From assembly GCA_036270565.1 (NCBI GenBank), contig DATBCJ010000064.1, positions 1-58,144 on the forward strand: a DNA stretch of 58,144 nt, in the 5' to 3' direction. Under the pieces are notes generated by a model that saw only the letters and a program-made list of their open reading frames with translations, was not told where the DNA came from and ran no database searches. This document shows positions 15,860-24,639 of the stretch, piece by piece. The stretch comes from Candidatus Dormiibacterota bacterium (GTDB taxonomy: Bacteria; Chloroflexota; Dormibacteria; Aeolococcales; Aeolococcaceae). The position numbers were made by a program, and so were the translations under genes. Position 1 is the first letter of the stretch; every line of letters begins with the position of its first letter.

Positions 15860-16744
15860 TCACCACCATTCGAAGGGACGGCCGTCCCAGGGGTCGAGGA
15901 GTGGATACACAGGGTTCGTCGCGAGCGCGTCGAGGCGCTCGTTGAAGGCGGTCACCTCGTCAGCGTCGAGGAGCCGGACCAGCTCGCGGTCGAGGCGGCC
16001 ACGACGCTCCTCGTCAGCGGCCAGCGACCGAACCCGGGCTGCGACGGCATCGGGTAGACGCTCACCGCCGAGCTGGATCAGCACGGTGCGCTGGCGCGGA
16101 TAGGGGAGGAAGCTGAGAGCGTTGTCGATGCCGCGGAGGCGACCGTCGTCGCCGAGCAGGAGGTGGGCGCGCTTGCGATCGGCGTTGTTGATCAGGGCGT
16201 CCAGCGCGGCCAGGCTGCGGAGCTGCTCGTCGAGAGCGTCGGCTGCCGAGGGGTCGCTCGCCTCGGCGGCGTGGATGAAGAGCTGCACAGAGCCGGGGCC
16301 GTGCGGGCCGTCGCGGAGGGTGGTCGGCGGCACCAGCCCGTCATCCAGGGCGGCGCTGACGACGTAGGCCGCGGTCTCCCGCATGTGCAGGGTCTGGCGC
16401 GGAAAGTCCCACAGGGGTCGCTCACCCCGAGCCGGCTTGTAGATGGCTCGCAGCGGCTCGCTCGGATGGCCGGGGTCGGGGCCGTCGAGCTCGAGCAGGA
16501 AGACGGCGTTCGACGAGTAGACGACGCGCCCGATGCCAGCGATGGGGCCGGCGCGCAGGCGACGAAGAACCTCCGCGTCGGCAGGCACGCCCGCGCCGGC
16601 CGGATCCTCGAGGACGGCGGTGTCGAAGCGACGGGCCACGCGCCTCGCCGAGGCAGCCTCCGCGCGCATGTCGGCGCTGACCATCAGAGGCACATCGCCG
16701 CCCTCACGGTGACGGCGTGGCCTCTCGTGGCCGTGCCTGCTCAC
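15860..16744 (-). CDS. SCO1664-family protein (PI3/PI4-kinase-like fold), uncharacterised
   Basis: YKPARGERPLWDF, LINNADRKRAHLL and GIDNALSF resemble the catalytic and activation-loop regions of PI3/4-kinase-like actinobacterial SCO1664-type proteins. C-terminus is PWDGRPFEWW. Start is uncertain (an internal ATG 60 nt downstream is possible). Confidence 0.65.
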   Translation of the reverse strand: MSRHGHERPRRHREGGDVPLMVSADMRAEAASARRVARRFDTAVLEDPAGAGVPADAEVLRRLRAGPIAGIGRVVYSSNAVFLLELDGPDPGHPSEPLRAIYKPARGERPLWDFPRQTLHMRETAAYVVSAALDDGLVPPTTLRDGPHGPGSVQLFIHAAEASDPSAADALDEQLRSLAALDALINNADRKRAHLLLGDDGRLRGIDNALSFLPYPRQRTVLIQLGGERLPDAVAARVRSLAADEERRGRLDRELVRLLDADEVTAFNERLDALATNPVYPLLDPWDGRPFEWW

Positions 16745-16760
16745 CGACCGGCCCGGTGGG

Positions 16761-17129
16761 TCAGCCTGATCGCCGCGCGACGACGGCCACCGTCAGGGCG
16801 GCGACGATCAGCGGCACGCCGAACACCAGCCCCACCGTGAGGAACATCTTGAATGACAGCACGCCGACGCCGATGCAGACGATCAGGATGGCGACGGCGA
16901 GCACCGCAGCGTTGAACGTCCATGCCAGCCACCGCCTCGGTGCGCGGCTCGCTCCCGCCTGCCGTTGGCGACCGTGCGCGGGCGGAGCCATGCGCATCGG
17001 CGCGGGGGAGTGATCGCCGTCCAGGGGCAGATCCGGTCTGCCCAAAGCACCCCACCAGGGCGGAGCGCCAGCGGCGGGCCGCGGGTCGGACTGCTGGCCA
17101 GAGGGTGAGCGCGGTGGGTCGTCGGGCAT
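16761..17129 (-). CDS. Hypothetical membrane protein with Pro-rich N-terminus
   Basis: Start placed at ATG 17129 (MPDDPPRSPSGQQ). Two C-terminal TM helices (AAVLAVAILIVCIGVGVL, VGLVFGVPLIVAALTVAVV). Confidence 0.45.
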   Translation of the reverse strand: MPDDPPRSPSGQQSDPRPAAGAPPWWGALGRPDLPLDGDHSPAPMRMAPPAHGRQRQAGASRAPRRWLAWTFNAAVLAVAILIVCIGVGVLSFKMFLTVGLVFGVPLIVAALTVAVVARRSG

Positions 17130-17245
17130 TGCGGTCCTGTGCTGGTCGTGCTGGATCGATGCCGCCGGCGAGAACGGGAGCACGGCGCCGGCGGAGGGTT
17201 GATCATAGCGCCGCCCCCCGCGCGGGTCGATCCTAGAATCGCGGC

Positions 17246-17899
17246 GTGGGGGCGATTCCCGGCGGTGCAATCGAAGCGATTCAACGAGAGCACCGCGCCT
17301 GCGTTCGCTGCGTTGCGTCGGGTCACCTAGAACGCGCCCATCCGGTCTTCAGCGGCAGGGACGGCCAGCGCATCATGCTCATCGGCCAAGCACCTGGACG
17401 TGTCGAGGACGACGTCACCCGGCCGTTTGCGGGTCGTGCCGGCGCCCAGTTGATGCGCTGGTTCGCGCGCGCTGGATTCGCCACCGAGGCGGAGGTTCGC
17501 GATCGAGTGTTCATGACGTCGATGACCACATGTTTCCCGGGACGCCTGCCCTCCAACGATGGCGACCGCAGGCCGAGCGGTCGTGAGGTCGCCATGTGCA
17601 GCGGCTGGCTGGACGGGTACCTGGAACTGCTGGCGCCGGCGTTGATCATCTGCGTCGGCGCGCTCGCGCACAGTCGCTTCCTTCGCGGGCATCGACTCGA
17701 GCAGATTGTCGGACGATCGTGGTCGTCCAGCGGCGAGATCGTCGAAGGCCTGCCCCGGGGCAGGCCGGTGCTGCTGCCGCTGCCCCATCCCTCGGGACAG
17801 AGCCGCTGGCTCGGCGACCCGGGACACCGGCAACTCCTGGCAGCGGCGCTGCGGCGATTGCAGGTTCTCGCGGTCTGGGCCGACTCGACAGCGACCTGA
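17246..17899 (+). CDS. Uracil-DNA glycosylase superfamily protein (family 4/5-like)
   Basis: Motif A-like LIGQAPG and motif B-like PLPHPSG, with a CVRC element near the N-terminus. The GTG start lies 7 nt after a TAGAAT hexamer, so the mRNA may be leaderless. Confidence 0.75.
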   Translation: MGAIPGGAIEAIQREHRACVRCVASGHLERAHPVFSGRDGQRIMLIGQAPGRVEDDVTRPFAGRAGAQLMRWFARAGFATEAEVRDRVFMTSMTTCFPGRLPSNDGDRRPSGREVAMCSGWLDGYLELLAPALIICVGALAHSRFLRGHRLEQIVGRSWSSSGEIVEGLPRGRPVLLPLPHPSGQSRWLGDPGHRQLLAAALRRLQVLAVWADSTAT

Positions 17900-17946
17900 C
17901 GCCGCCTGGGGCTGGGTCCGCGCGGCGGCCGCACCGCACCAGTGTT

Positions 17947-18465
17947 ATGATCCGGCAGCCGTTTCGGCTGTTCCAGAAAGGTATTTCAGCCGTGCCCGAC
18001 GTCAGCTCCGCACCGCTGTCTGCGCCGTCGCCGGCGGTCAAGGACGCCGAGGACATCCTCGAGCGAATCTTCACGCCGCGCCCCAAGGCCAGCCCCGCAG
18101 AGCAGGCTGAGCGTGCGCTGAGACGGCCCAAGCAGCTCATCTACTGCGCCATCAGCAACCGCAATTTCTTCTGGCGCCAGCACATCACCAAGTTCGTCCT
18201 CGACGAGGGTGGGGTGCCGATCTCGCCGTTCATGCTCTTCGACTACTACCTGCTGCACACCGTTCCCAAGGAGACGGTGCGCGAGGCGTTCAACAACCTG
18301 ATCGTGCGGTGCGATCAGATGTGGGTGTTCGGCAACCTTTCGCTCGGCGTCAAGGTGCAGATCGGCATCGCCAAGCGGCTGCGCAAACCACTGCGCTTCT
18401 ACGACATCACCGACATGCCCTACCGCGTCGTGAGCGTGCCCGAGGCCATGGTCCGCGAGGAGTGA
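17947..18465 (+). CDS. Conserved-looking hypothetical protein
   Basis: C-terminal part of the 17596-18465 ORF. The globular region LIYCAISNRNFFWRQHITKFVLDEGGVPISPFMLFDYYLL...CDQMWVFGNLSLGVKVQIGIAK has normal composition. Start is ATG 17947 or GTG 17992. Family not recognised. Confidence 0.55.
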   Translation: MIRQPFRLFQKGISAVPDVSSAPLSAPSPAVKDAEDILERIFTPRPKASPAEQAERALRRPKQLIYCAISNRNFFWRQHITKFVLDEGGVPISPFMLFDYYLLHTVPKETVREAFNNLIVRCDQMWVFGNLSLGVKVQIGIAKRLRKPLRFYDITDMPYRVVSVPEAMVREE

Positions 18466-18467
18466 GC

Positions 18468-19766
18468 TCAGCTCACCCCCAGCTCCTCGAGGCGGCGATG
18501 CACGCTACGCCGCTGCGGGCTCACGGGTTCGCCAACGGGATGACGCCCGGCCACCGCATCGAGGGTCTTCAGTCCGTGGCCGGTGATGTATGCGACCACC
18601 GTCTCGCCGGCCTGCCAGCGACGCTGGCGGGCCAGCTTGCTGAGCACGGCCACGGTCACTCCCCCTGCGGTCTCCGTGAAGATCCCCTCGGTGCGGGCGA
18701 GCAGGTCGATGCCCTCGAGGATCTCGTCCTCGGACACGCCCGCGACCACGCCGCCACTGCGACGAGCGATCCGGAGCACGTCGGCGCCGTCAGACGGGTT
18801 GCCGATGGCGATCGAGCGCGCGATGGTGTCCGGGCGCACCGGCTGGACAACGTCAGCGCCGCGTGCAAAGGCGTCGGCGACGGGTGAGCACCCCAGCGCC
18901 TGGGCTCCGCTGAACCGAGGCAGCCGCCGCTCCGCGACCAGCCCGAGGTTGACCAGCTCGGCCGCTGCCTTGCGGTGCTTGACGAACTGGCAGCCCGACG
19001 CCACCGGGATGATGATCTCGTCGGGCAGGCGCCAACCCAGCTGCTCGGCGGTCTCGAAGGTGAGTGTCTTGCTTCCCTCGCTGTAGAACGGTCGCAGGTT
19101 GATGTTGCAGAAGCCCCAGCCGAGATCGTCGGAGAGCTCGGCACAGAGCCGGTTGACGTCGTCGTAGGTGCCCGCGATGGGGACGATGGTGGCGCCGAAG
19201 ACCGCGGTCGCCGCGATCTTCTGCGGCTCGAGGTCGGCAGGGATGAAGATGACGGCTCGGATGCCTGCCCGTGCAGCGTACGCCGCCACGGCGTTGGCGA
19301 GGTTGCCCGTCGACGCGCAGGCAAGGGTGGTGAAACCGTTCCGCAGCGCCCAGTTGAGCGCAACCGCGACCACCCGGTCCTTGAACGAGTTGGTGGGGTT
19401 GACCGTGTCGTTCTTGAGGTGCAACCGGCTCAGCCCGAGCTCCTCCCCAAGGTTGCGGGCGTGCACCAACGGTGTGAAGCCCTCGCCGAGTGTGACCAGC
19501 TCACCATCCCCGACGGGCAGGAGGTCGCGATAGCGCCACAGGCTCGGTGGGCCGGCCTCGATGCGGGCGCGCGAGATTCGCTGCGCGACGAGGTCGTAGT
19601 CGTAGGCCACCTCGAGCGGACCGAAGCAGACCTCGCACAGATGCGTCGCCACTGCAGGCTGCCGGTGTTCGCAGGCGCGGCAGCGCAGGCCGGTGACATG
19701 GCTTGCAGCCTCCTCCGTGAGCGCGGCGGCCGAGGCAGCGTGGTTGACGTCGTTGACGGTGGGCAT
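18468..19766 (-). CDS. thrC: Threonine synthase (long form with N-terminal zinc ribbon)
   Basis: CRACEH...CEVCFG zinc ribbon, PLP-lysine motif NPTNSFKDRV, and ACASTGNLANAVAAYAA. Confidence 0.92.
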   Translation of the reverse strand: MPTVNDVNHAASAAALTEEAASHVTGLRCRACEHRQPAVATHLCEVCFGPLEVAYDYDLVAQRISRARIEAGPPSLWRYRDLLPVGDGELVTLGEGFTPLVHARNLGEELGLSRLHLKNDTVNPTNSFKDRVVAVALNWALRNGFTTLACASTGNLANAVAAYAARAGIRAVIFIPADLEPQKIAATAVFGATIVPIAGTYDDVNRLCAELSDDLGWGFCNINLRPFYSEGSKTLTFETAEQLGWRLPDEIIIPVASGCQFVKHRKAAAELVNLGLVAERRLPRFSGAQALGCSPVADAFARGADVVQPVRPDTIARSIAIGNPSDGADVLRIARRSGGVVAGVSEDEILEGIDLLARTEGIFTETAGGVTVAVLSKLARQRRWQAGETVVAYITGHGLKTLDAVAGRHPVGEPVSPQRRSVHRRLEELGVS

Positions 19767-19795
19767 AAAAAAACCTCCCGGGTGGTTCCGGGAGG
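19767..19795 (-). terminator. Intrinsic-terminator-like hairpin plus U7 that also sequesters the thrC Shine-Dalgarno
   Basis: On the minus strand the sequence reads CCUCCCGG-AACCAC-CCGGGAGG-UUUUUUU-AUG. This is a perfect 8 bp GC stem (9 with a flanking A-U pair). The 3' arm contains GGGAGG 7 nt before the thrC ATG. Confidence 0.7.
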
Positions 19796-19937
19796 TCTCC
19801 TGACGGAGGGCGCGAGGCGCCGCTACGTTCGGAAACCTCCGCGGCGCATCATCATCGAGGCGGTGCCGGCCACCGCTGTCACGAGCATGACGGCGATGCT
19901 ACCAGACCCGCGCCCCCGAACCCGGCTCCCCCCTCGT

Positions 19938-22397
19938 TTACACGCGACGGATCAGGTCTCGCTCCATCGCCTCGCGCGCCTGCCGCACCGTGGCGTGCAG
20001 CGGATGGTCCCGCAGCGCCTGCTCCATCTGGCGCAGCATCGAGTACAGGTTCTTCATCGCCTTGACCACGTCGCCGATGTCGTTGCCGGCGGGTGTCTCG
20101 ATGTCGACCAGGGGAGTGCCCGACGCCCATTGGTGCGCGGCATTGATGTAGTCGAGCGACAGCGGCCGCAGTGTCTGCAGCCCGTGGTCGCGCTCGAGCT
20201 CCACCAGGCGGTGCAACGAACTCCGCATCCGGCGGTGGGCGACCTCGACGCGCGGCGTGGGAAAGTGGCGGCGCGAGGGCTGCGGCCGGTCGCGGCCCCG
20301 GTCCTCGGCGACCAGGCTGACCAGTGCGGCGGCGAGCTCGGCGGGGTCCAGCGCGTCGAGGTGCCCAGAGACGATGGCGTCCGCGACCAGAAGCGCGCTC
20401 TCCCCGAACAGCGAGGCCGCCAGCAGGCCGAGCTGGTTGGGAGCATCGGCCTCCAGGAAGCCCGCCTCGTGGAGGACGTTGCGCAGGGCGTGGAACTCGC
20501 GCCGGTAGCGGTGTCGCGCCCATTCCAGCTCGGCCTCGCCGCCCTGGAGCATCTCCTCGATCCCGCGCGTCTCGAGCCGGTGGGCGCGATGCTCGCCGAG
20601 GTACGGGCAGGTGCGGCACGGTGAGTTGTCGAGGCGCTGCTGCTTCTCGCGCAGCTCACGCCGCATCGCCTCGAAACGCTGGCCGGGGTCCGTACCGCGG
20701 CCGCTCGAGCGGCCGCGACGGGAGTCGCGCCAATGCTCGCGCTTGGCCCGCCGGACCGACGTCTGCAGCTCCTCGACAGACCCGGTGAGGGCGAGGTGCG
20801 TGGTCAGCGTGCGCTCGGTGCAGGCAACCCTGGGATGGCGGAATACCCGGCGGCGCAGGTCGACGAGCTTTTCCTCGAGGTTGCCACGTTTCTCGCTCCA
20901 GTGCTCGGCGCGCTGCACGTTCTGGTACTGGCCGAACGACTTGTCGAGCAGTTCCTCGGCCCGCTCCACGGTGCGGGTGCGCAACAGGCTCAACACCATC
21001 GTGTACGTGGGCGCGAACTTGCTGTCGACGCTCATCTCGCCACCGATGGCGGCGTCGTAGATGTCGCGAACGTCGACGTCGGCCTCCTTGAGGATGACGC
21101 CGTGACCCACGGTGTCGATGCCGCGGCGGCCGGCGCGCCCCATCAGCTGGGTCAGCTCTCCCGCGGTGAGGGAGTGAAAGCCGGTGCCGTCGAACTTGGT
21201 GAACGACGACACCACACAGGCGCGTGCCGGCATGTTGAGTCCCAGCGACAGCGTCTCGGTGGCGAACACGACCTTGACGAGCCCCTCGATGAACAGGCGC
21301 TCGACCGCCTCCTTCGCCGACGGCAGCATGCCCGCGTGATGCATGGCCACCCCGTTGCGCAGAGCATGGACGTCGATGGCCTGGCGGAAAACGCGGCGCT
21401 CGTCGCCGTCCTCGATGCGCTGGATCAACTGCCCATAGCGGGCATCGATCGCTTCCTTCTCCGCGCTGTCGGTGAGGTCCAGGCCGTGCACCACGCAGCG
21501 GCCGAGCGCTTCCGCGCAGCCGCGTCGCGAGAAGATGAAATAGATGGCCGGCAGCATGGCGCGCCCGCGCAGCTCCTCGATAACTCGGAAGAGGTCGTTG
21601 TCGGGAGCTCGGCGCATGTAGCGGAAGCGCGCCTCGTGCATCGACTCGTTCTGCGCCAGCTCGAGGGTGCGCCGAGCGACCCTGCCCCGCGCGTCGAAGA
21701 GCGGCTCCATGCGGTTGCTGATCGCCAGCCACATCTCCAGCGGCACCGGACGTTCGGTGCGCACGACCGTGCCGATGTCACCGCGCAGGCCGCCCATCCA
21801 GGCAGCCACCTCCTCGACGTTGCTGATCGTCGCCGAGAGCCCGATCAGGCGCACGTGCGCTGGGGCCTCGATGATGATCTCCTCCCAGACTGTGCCGCGC
21901 GGATGGTCGTCGATGTAGTGCACCTCGTCGAGCACCACGTCAGAGACCCGGTCGAGGCGGGCCGGCTCGTCGTAGAGGACGTTGCGCAGGATCTCCGTGG
22001 TCATGACCACCACCGCGGCGCCGTCGTTGATGGTGTGCTCGCCGGTGACCAGCCCGATGTGGGCGGCGCCGTAGCGCTCCGAGAGGTCGTGGAACTTCTG
22101 GTTGCTGAGCGCCTTCAGCGGGGAGGTGTAGATGACCCGCGCGTGGGCCCGACGCAGCTCCGCCGGCGCCAGCAGGCAGCGCCACATCGGGTACTCGGCG
22201 ACGAGCGTCTTGCCGCTGCTGGTCGGTGCGGCCACGAGGACGCCGTGAGATCGCTCGAGCTTGTCGATGGCCTCGCGCTGGAAGTGATCGAGGGAGAACG
22301 GCAGCCACGCCTCGAATGAGGCGATCGCAGCTTCGATCTCGTCGTCTGCCGCACCCTGGGCCTCGGCCACGCGGCAATCATCGACGACCTGCCCCAT
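19938..22397 (-). CDS. helY: Ski2-like DEAD/DEAH-box helicase (HelY type)
   Basis: Walker A AAPTSSGKT, DEVH box (VVLDEVHYI), SAT-like LSATISN, and helicase C motifs (HHAGMLP, TETLSLGLNMPA, QLMGRAGRRGID). The C-terminal region resembles the DSHCT domain. Start placed at ATG 22397. Confidence 0.88.
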   Translation of the reverse strand: MGQVVDDCRVAEAQGAADDEIEAAIASFEAWLPFSLDHFQREAIDKLERSHGVLVAAPTSSGKTLVAEYPMWRCLLAPAELRRAHARVIYTSPLKALSNQKFHDLSERYGAAHIGLVTGEHTINDGAAVVVMTTEILRNVLYDEPARLDRVSDVVLDEVHYIDDHPRGTVWEEIIIEAPAHVRLIGLSATISNVEEVAAWMGGLRGDIGTVVRTERPVPLEMWLAISNRMEPLFDARGRVARRTLELAQNESMHEARFRYMRRAPDNDLFRVIEELRGRAMLPAIYFIFSRRGCAEALGRCVVHGLDLTDSAEKEAIDARYGQLIQRIEDGDERRVFRQAIDVHALRNGVAMHHAGMLPSAKEAVERLFIEGLVKVVFATETLSLGLNMPARACVVSSFTKFDGTGFHSLTAGELTQLMGRAGRRGIDTVGHGVILKEADVDVRDIYDAAIGGEMSVDSKFAPTYTMVLSLLRTRTVERAEELLDKSFGQYQNVQRAEHWSEKRGNLEEKLVDLRRRVFRHPRVACTERTLTTHLALTGSVEELQTSVRRAKREHWRDSRRGRSSGRGTDPGQRFEAMRRELREKQQRLDNSPCRTCPYLGEHRAHRLETRGIEEMLQGGEAELEWARHRYRREFHALRNVLHEAGFLEADAPNQLGLLAASLFGESALLVADAIVSGHLDALDPAELAAALVSLVAEDRGRDRPQPSRRHFPTPRVEVAHRRMRSSLHRLVELERDHGLQTLRPLSLDYINAAHQWASGTPLVDIETPAGNDIGDVVKAMKNLYSMLRQMEQALRDHPLHATVRQAREAMERDLIRRV

Positions 22398-22410
22398 GAC
22401 TGCGTTGTGG

Positions 22411-22698
22411 CTAGACGTGGACCAGCTCGAATCGCGAGGCGCTGACCACCCCGTCGGCGTCGTTCTCGATGTAGGCCAGCACCTTCTGGCACACCTCGTC
22501 GGCGTGACGGGCGTTGTTGCTGATGCACGCCACCCCGATGGTGGCGCGCTGCCACGAGTCCTGGTCATCCACCTCGGCGACGGCGACCGCGAACGTCTGG
22601 CGCACCCTGCTGGTGATCGACCGGACCACCATTCGCTTGTCCTTGAGCGACTGGCTGTCCGGGACCAGGACGGTGATCTGAAGCGTGCCGATGACCAT
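22411..22698 (-). CDS. DUF503 (YlxP-like) protein
   Basis: 95 aa: MVIGTLQITVLVPDSQSLKDKRMVVRSITSRVRQTFAVAVAEVDDQDSWQRATIGVACISN, matching the DUF503 pattern. It is the tail of the long 22411-23709 ORF. Confidence 0.75.
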   Translation of the reverse strand: MVIGTLQITVLVPDSQSLKDKRMVVRSITSRVRQTFAVAVAEVDDQDSWQRATIGVACISNNARHADEVCQKVLAYIENDADGVVSASRFELVHV

Positions 22699-22782
22699 GC
22701 TGTCCTTCTTGGTGGGCACCCGGCGCGGGGAGCTCGAACGGCGCCGACCCCTGGGGTGACGTTGTGTCATTCTGTCGCGTCG

Positions 22783-24627
22783 ATGACCAGCGAAGCGACC
22801 GTCGCGCCCGACGCGTCCACGCCCGGGGCGGAGCCGGGGACGCTCGTCGACCACCTGCTCACCCAGGTCCGCACGCGTGCCGACGCACCCGCAATCTACA
22901 CGCGCAGCGGCGGTCGCTGGCTGCCGATCACGTGGCGCCAGTTCGGTGAGGGTGCCCGCCGGGTTGCCTCGTTCCTCGTCGAGGCGGGCATCAAGCCCGG
23001 CGACCACGTGGGCATCTGGGCCGGAAACCGGGCCGAGTGGCACACGGCCGACGCGGCGATCCTGCTCATCCGCGGCTGCCCGGTGCCCGTCTACCAGACG
23101 TTGAGCGCCGGCCAGGGCCAGTACGTGCTCAACCATTCCGAGACGCAGGTCGTGTTCGTGGAGAACGAGGCGATCCTGGCGCGCGTGCTCCAGGAACGCG
23201 ACCAGCTCCCTCATCTCCGCCGGGTGGTGGTGATGGAAGGGGTCGACGAACCATCGCCCGACGGCTTCGTGGTCCCGTGGCGGCAGGCGCTCGACACGGG
23301 CGAGGCGACGGTGGCGCGGAACGGCCCCGAGATCGACCTCCGCGCCTCCCAGACCCAGATGGACGACGTGGTCACACTCATCTACACAAGCGGGACCACG
23401 GGTCCACCCAAGGCCGTGATGCTCACTCACACCAACGTCGCCGCCTCGGCGCAGGGTCTCGCCGGGATCGTCGAGGTGGGTCCGGATGACCGGGTGCTCA
23501 GCTACCTGCCCCTGGCTCACATCGCCGAGCGCATGGTCAGCGAGTTCCGTTCCTACCGCTACGGGAACCCCACCTGGTTCCTCGACGGCATCGCCAACCT
23601 GGGGGCCCGGCTGCGCGAGGTGCGGCCCACCCACTTCTTCGGGGTCCCGCGGGTGTGGGAGAAGATGGCCGCCCAGGTCAAGAAGCAGATCGCCGCCAGC
23701 CCGCCGCACAAGCGCGCGCTCGCCCGCTGGGCGATCAACACCGGGCGTCGTGCCTTCGACCTCACCGAGCGTGGTCAGCCCATCCCGTCCGGCCTTCAGC
23801 GCCGCCTCAATCTCGCCGACCGGCTGGTGCTCTCGAAACTCCGCGCAGCCCTTGGATTCGACGATGTTCGCATCCTTGCGTCGGGAGCGGCGCCCATCGA
23901 CCCCGAGGTGCTTCGCTTCTTCCGTTCCATCGGCCTGGAGATCTGCGAGGTCTACGGGCAGAGTGAGGACGCCGGCTCAACGACCCTCAACCGACCTGGA
24001 CGATCGCGCATCGGCACCGTCGGCGAGGTCTACCCCGGCAACGAGGTGCGTATCGCCGAGGACGGCGAGATCCTGGTCAGGGGCGCGGTCGTTTTCCCCG
24101 GCTACCTGCACAACCCTGAGGCGACCGCGGCCACACTCATCGACGGCTGGCTGCAGACCGGCGACGTCGGCGAGTTCGACGTCGACGGCTACCTGCGCAT
24201 CACCGACCGCAAGAAGGACCTGATCATCACCGCCGGCGGCAAGAACATCTCGCCGGGGAACATCGAGAACGCTCTCGGCAGCCATCCGCTGATCGGCCAT
24301 GCGGTGGCCATCGGGGACCGGCGCCCCTACATGACCGCCCTGCTGACGCTCGATGCCGAAGAGGCGGTGCCGATCGCCGCCCAACGCGGCTGGCCGACCG
24401 ATGTCCGGGCGATGGCCGAGCATCCCGGGGTGCGGACGGAGCTGCAGAGCCACGTCGACACCGTCAATGCCGGGCTCAGCCATGTCGAGCAGGTGAAGCG
24501 CTTCACCATCATCGCCAACGAGTTCACCGTCGACGAGGAGCTGACCCCGACGATGAAGGTGAAGCGCAAGGTGGTCACCGAGAAGTACGCCGGCGAGATC
24601 GAGGCGCTCTACACCCGGCATGACTGA
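22783..24627 (+). CDS. fadD: Long-chain fatty acid--CoA ligase (AMP-forming)
   Basis: AMP-binding motif IYTSGTTGPPKAV, GYLHNPEAT, TGDVGEFDVDGYLRITDRKKDLIITAGGKNISP. Start placed at ATG 22783; upstream ORF sequence is antisense to the DUF503 gene. Confidence 0.88.
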   Translation: MTSEATVAPDASTPGAEPGTLVDHLLTQVRTRADAPAIYTRSGGRWLPITWRQFGEGARRVASFLVEAGIKPGDHVGIWAGNRAEWHTADAAILLIRGCPVPVYQTLSAGQGQYVLNHSETQVVFVENEAILARVLQERDQLPHLRRVVVMEGVDEPSPDGFVVPWRQALDTGEATVARNGPEIDLRASQTQMDDVVTLIYTSGTTGPPKAVMLTHTNVAASAQGLAGIVEVGPDDRVLSYLPLAHIAERMVSEFRSYRYGNPTWFLDGIANLGARLREVRPTHFFGVPRVWEKMAAQVKKQIAASPPHKRALARWAINTGRRAFDLTERGQPIPSGLQRRLNLADRLVLSKLRAALGFDDVRILASGAAPIDPEVLRFFRSIGLEICEVYGQSEDAGSTTLNRPGRSRIGTVGEVYPGNEVRIAEDGEILVRGAVVFPGYLHNPEATAATLIDGWLQTGDVGEFDVDGYLRITDRKKDLIITAGGKNISPGNIENALGSHPLIGHAVAIGDRRPYMTALLTLDAEEAVPIAAQRGWPTDVRAMAEHPGVRTELQSHVDTVNAGLSHVEQVKRFTIIANEFTVDEELTPTMKVKRKVVTEKYAGEIEALYTRHD

Positions 24628-24639
24628 GCGGGCAGCCGC

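Noticed and set aside
19823-19888. 21-codon leader ORF (MLVTAVAGTASMMMRRGGFRT) in the thrC leader as a firm leader-peptide call
   Set aside because: There is no Shine-Dalgarno before its ATG. It has only 3 Thr codons, and a Met-codon run gives no clear regulatory logic for thrC. It is kept only as a note inside the attenuator finding.
19767-19937. SAM-I, SAM-IV or T-box riboswitch upstream of thrC
   Set aside because: I could not find the conserved cores (for example GCAACC and GTGCCAA-type SAM-I elements, or the GGGTGGNACCGCG T-box sequence) on the transcribed strand. The leader of at most 171 nt is also short for a T-box.
18975-22319. Two long plus-strand ORFs (549 aa and 528 aa) across thrC and the helicase
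   Set aside because: Both are antisense to genes with strong motif support. They are Arg/Asp/Leu/Val-biased, have no motifs, and are classic GC-rich shadow frames.
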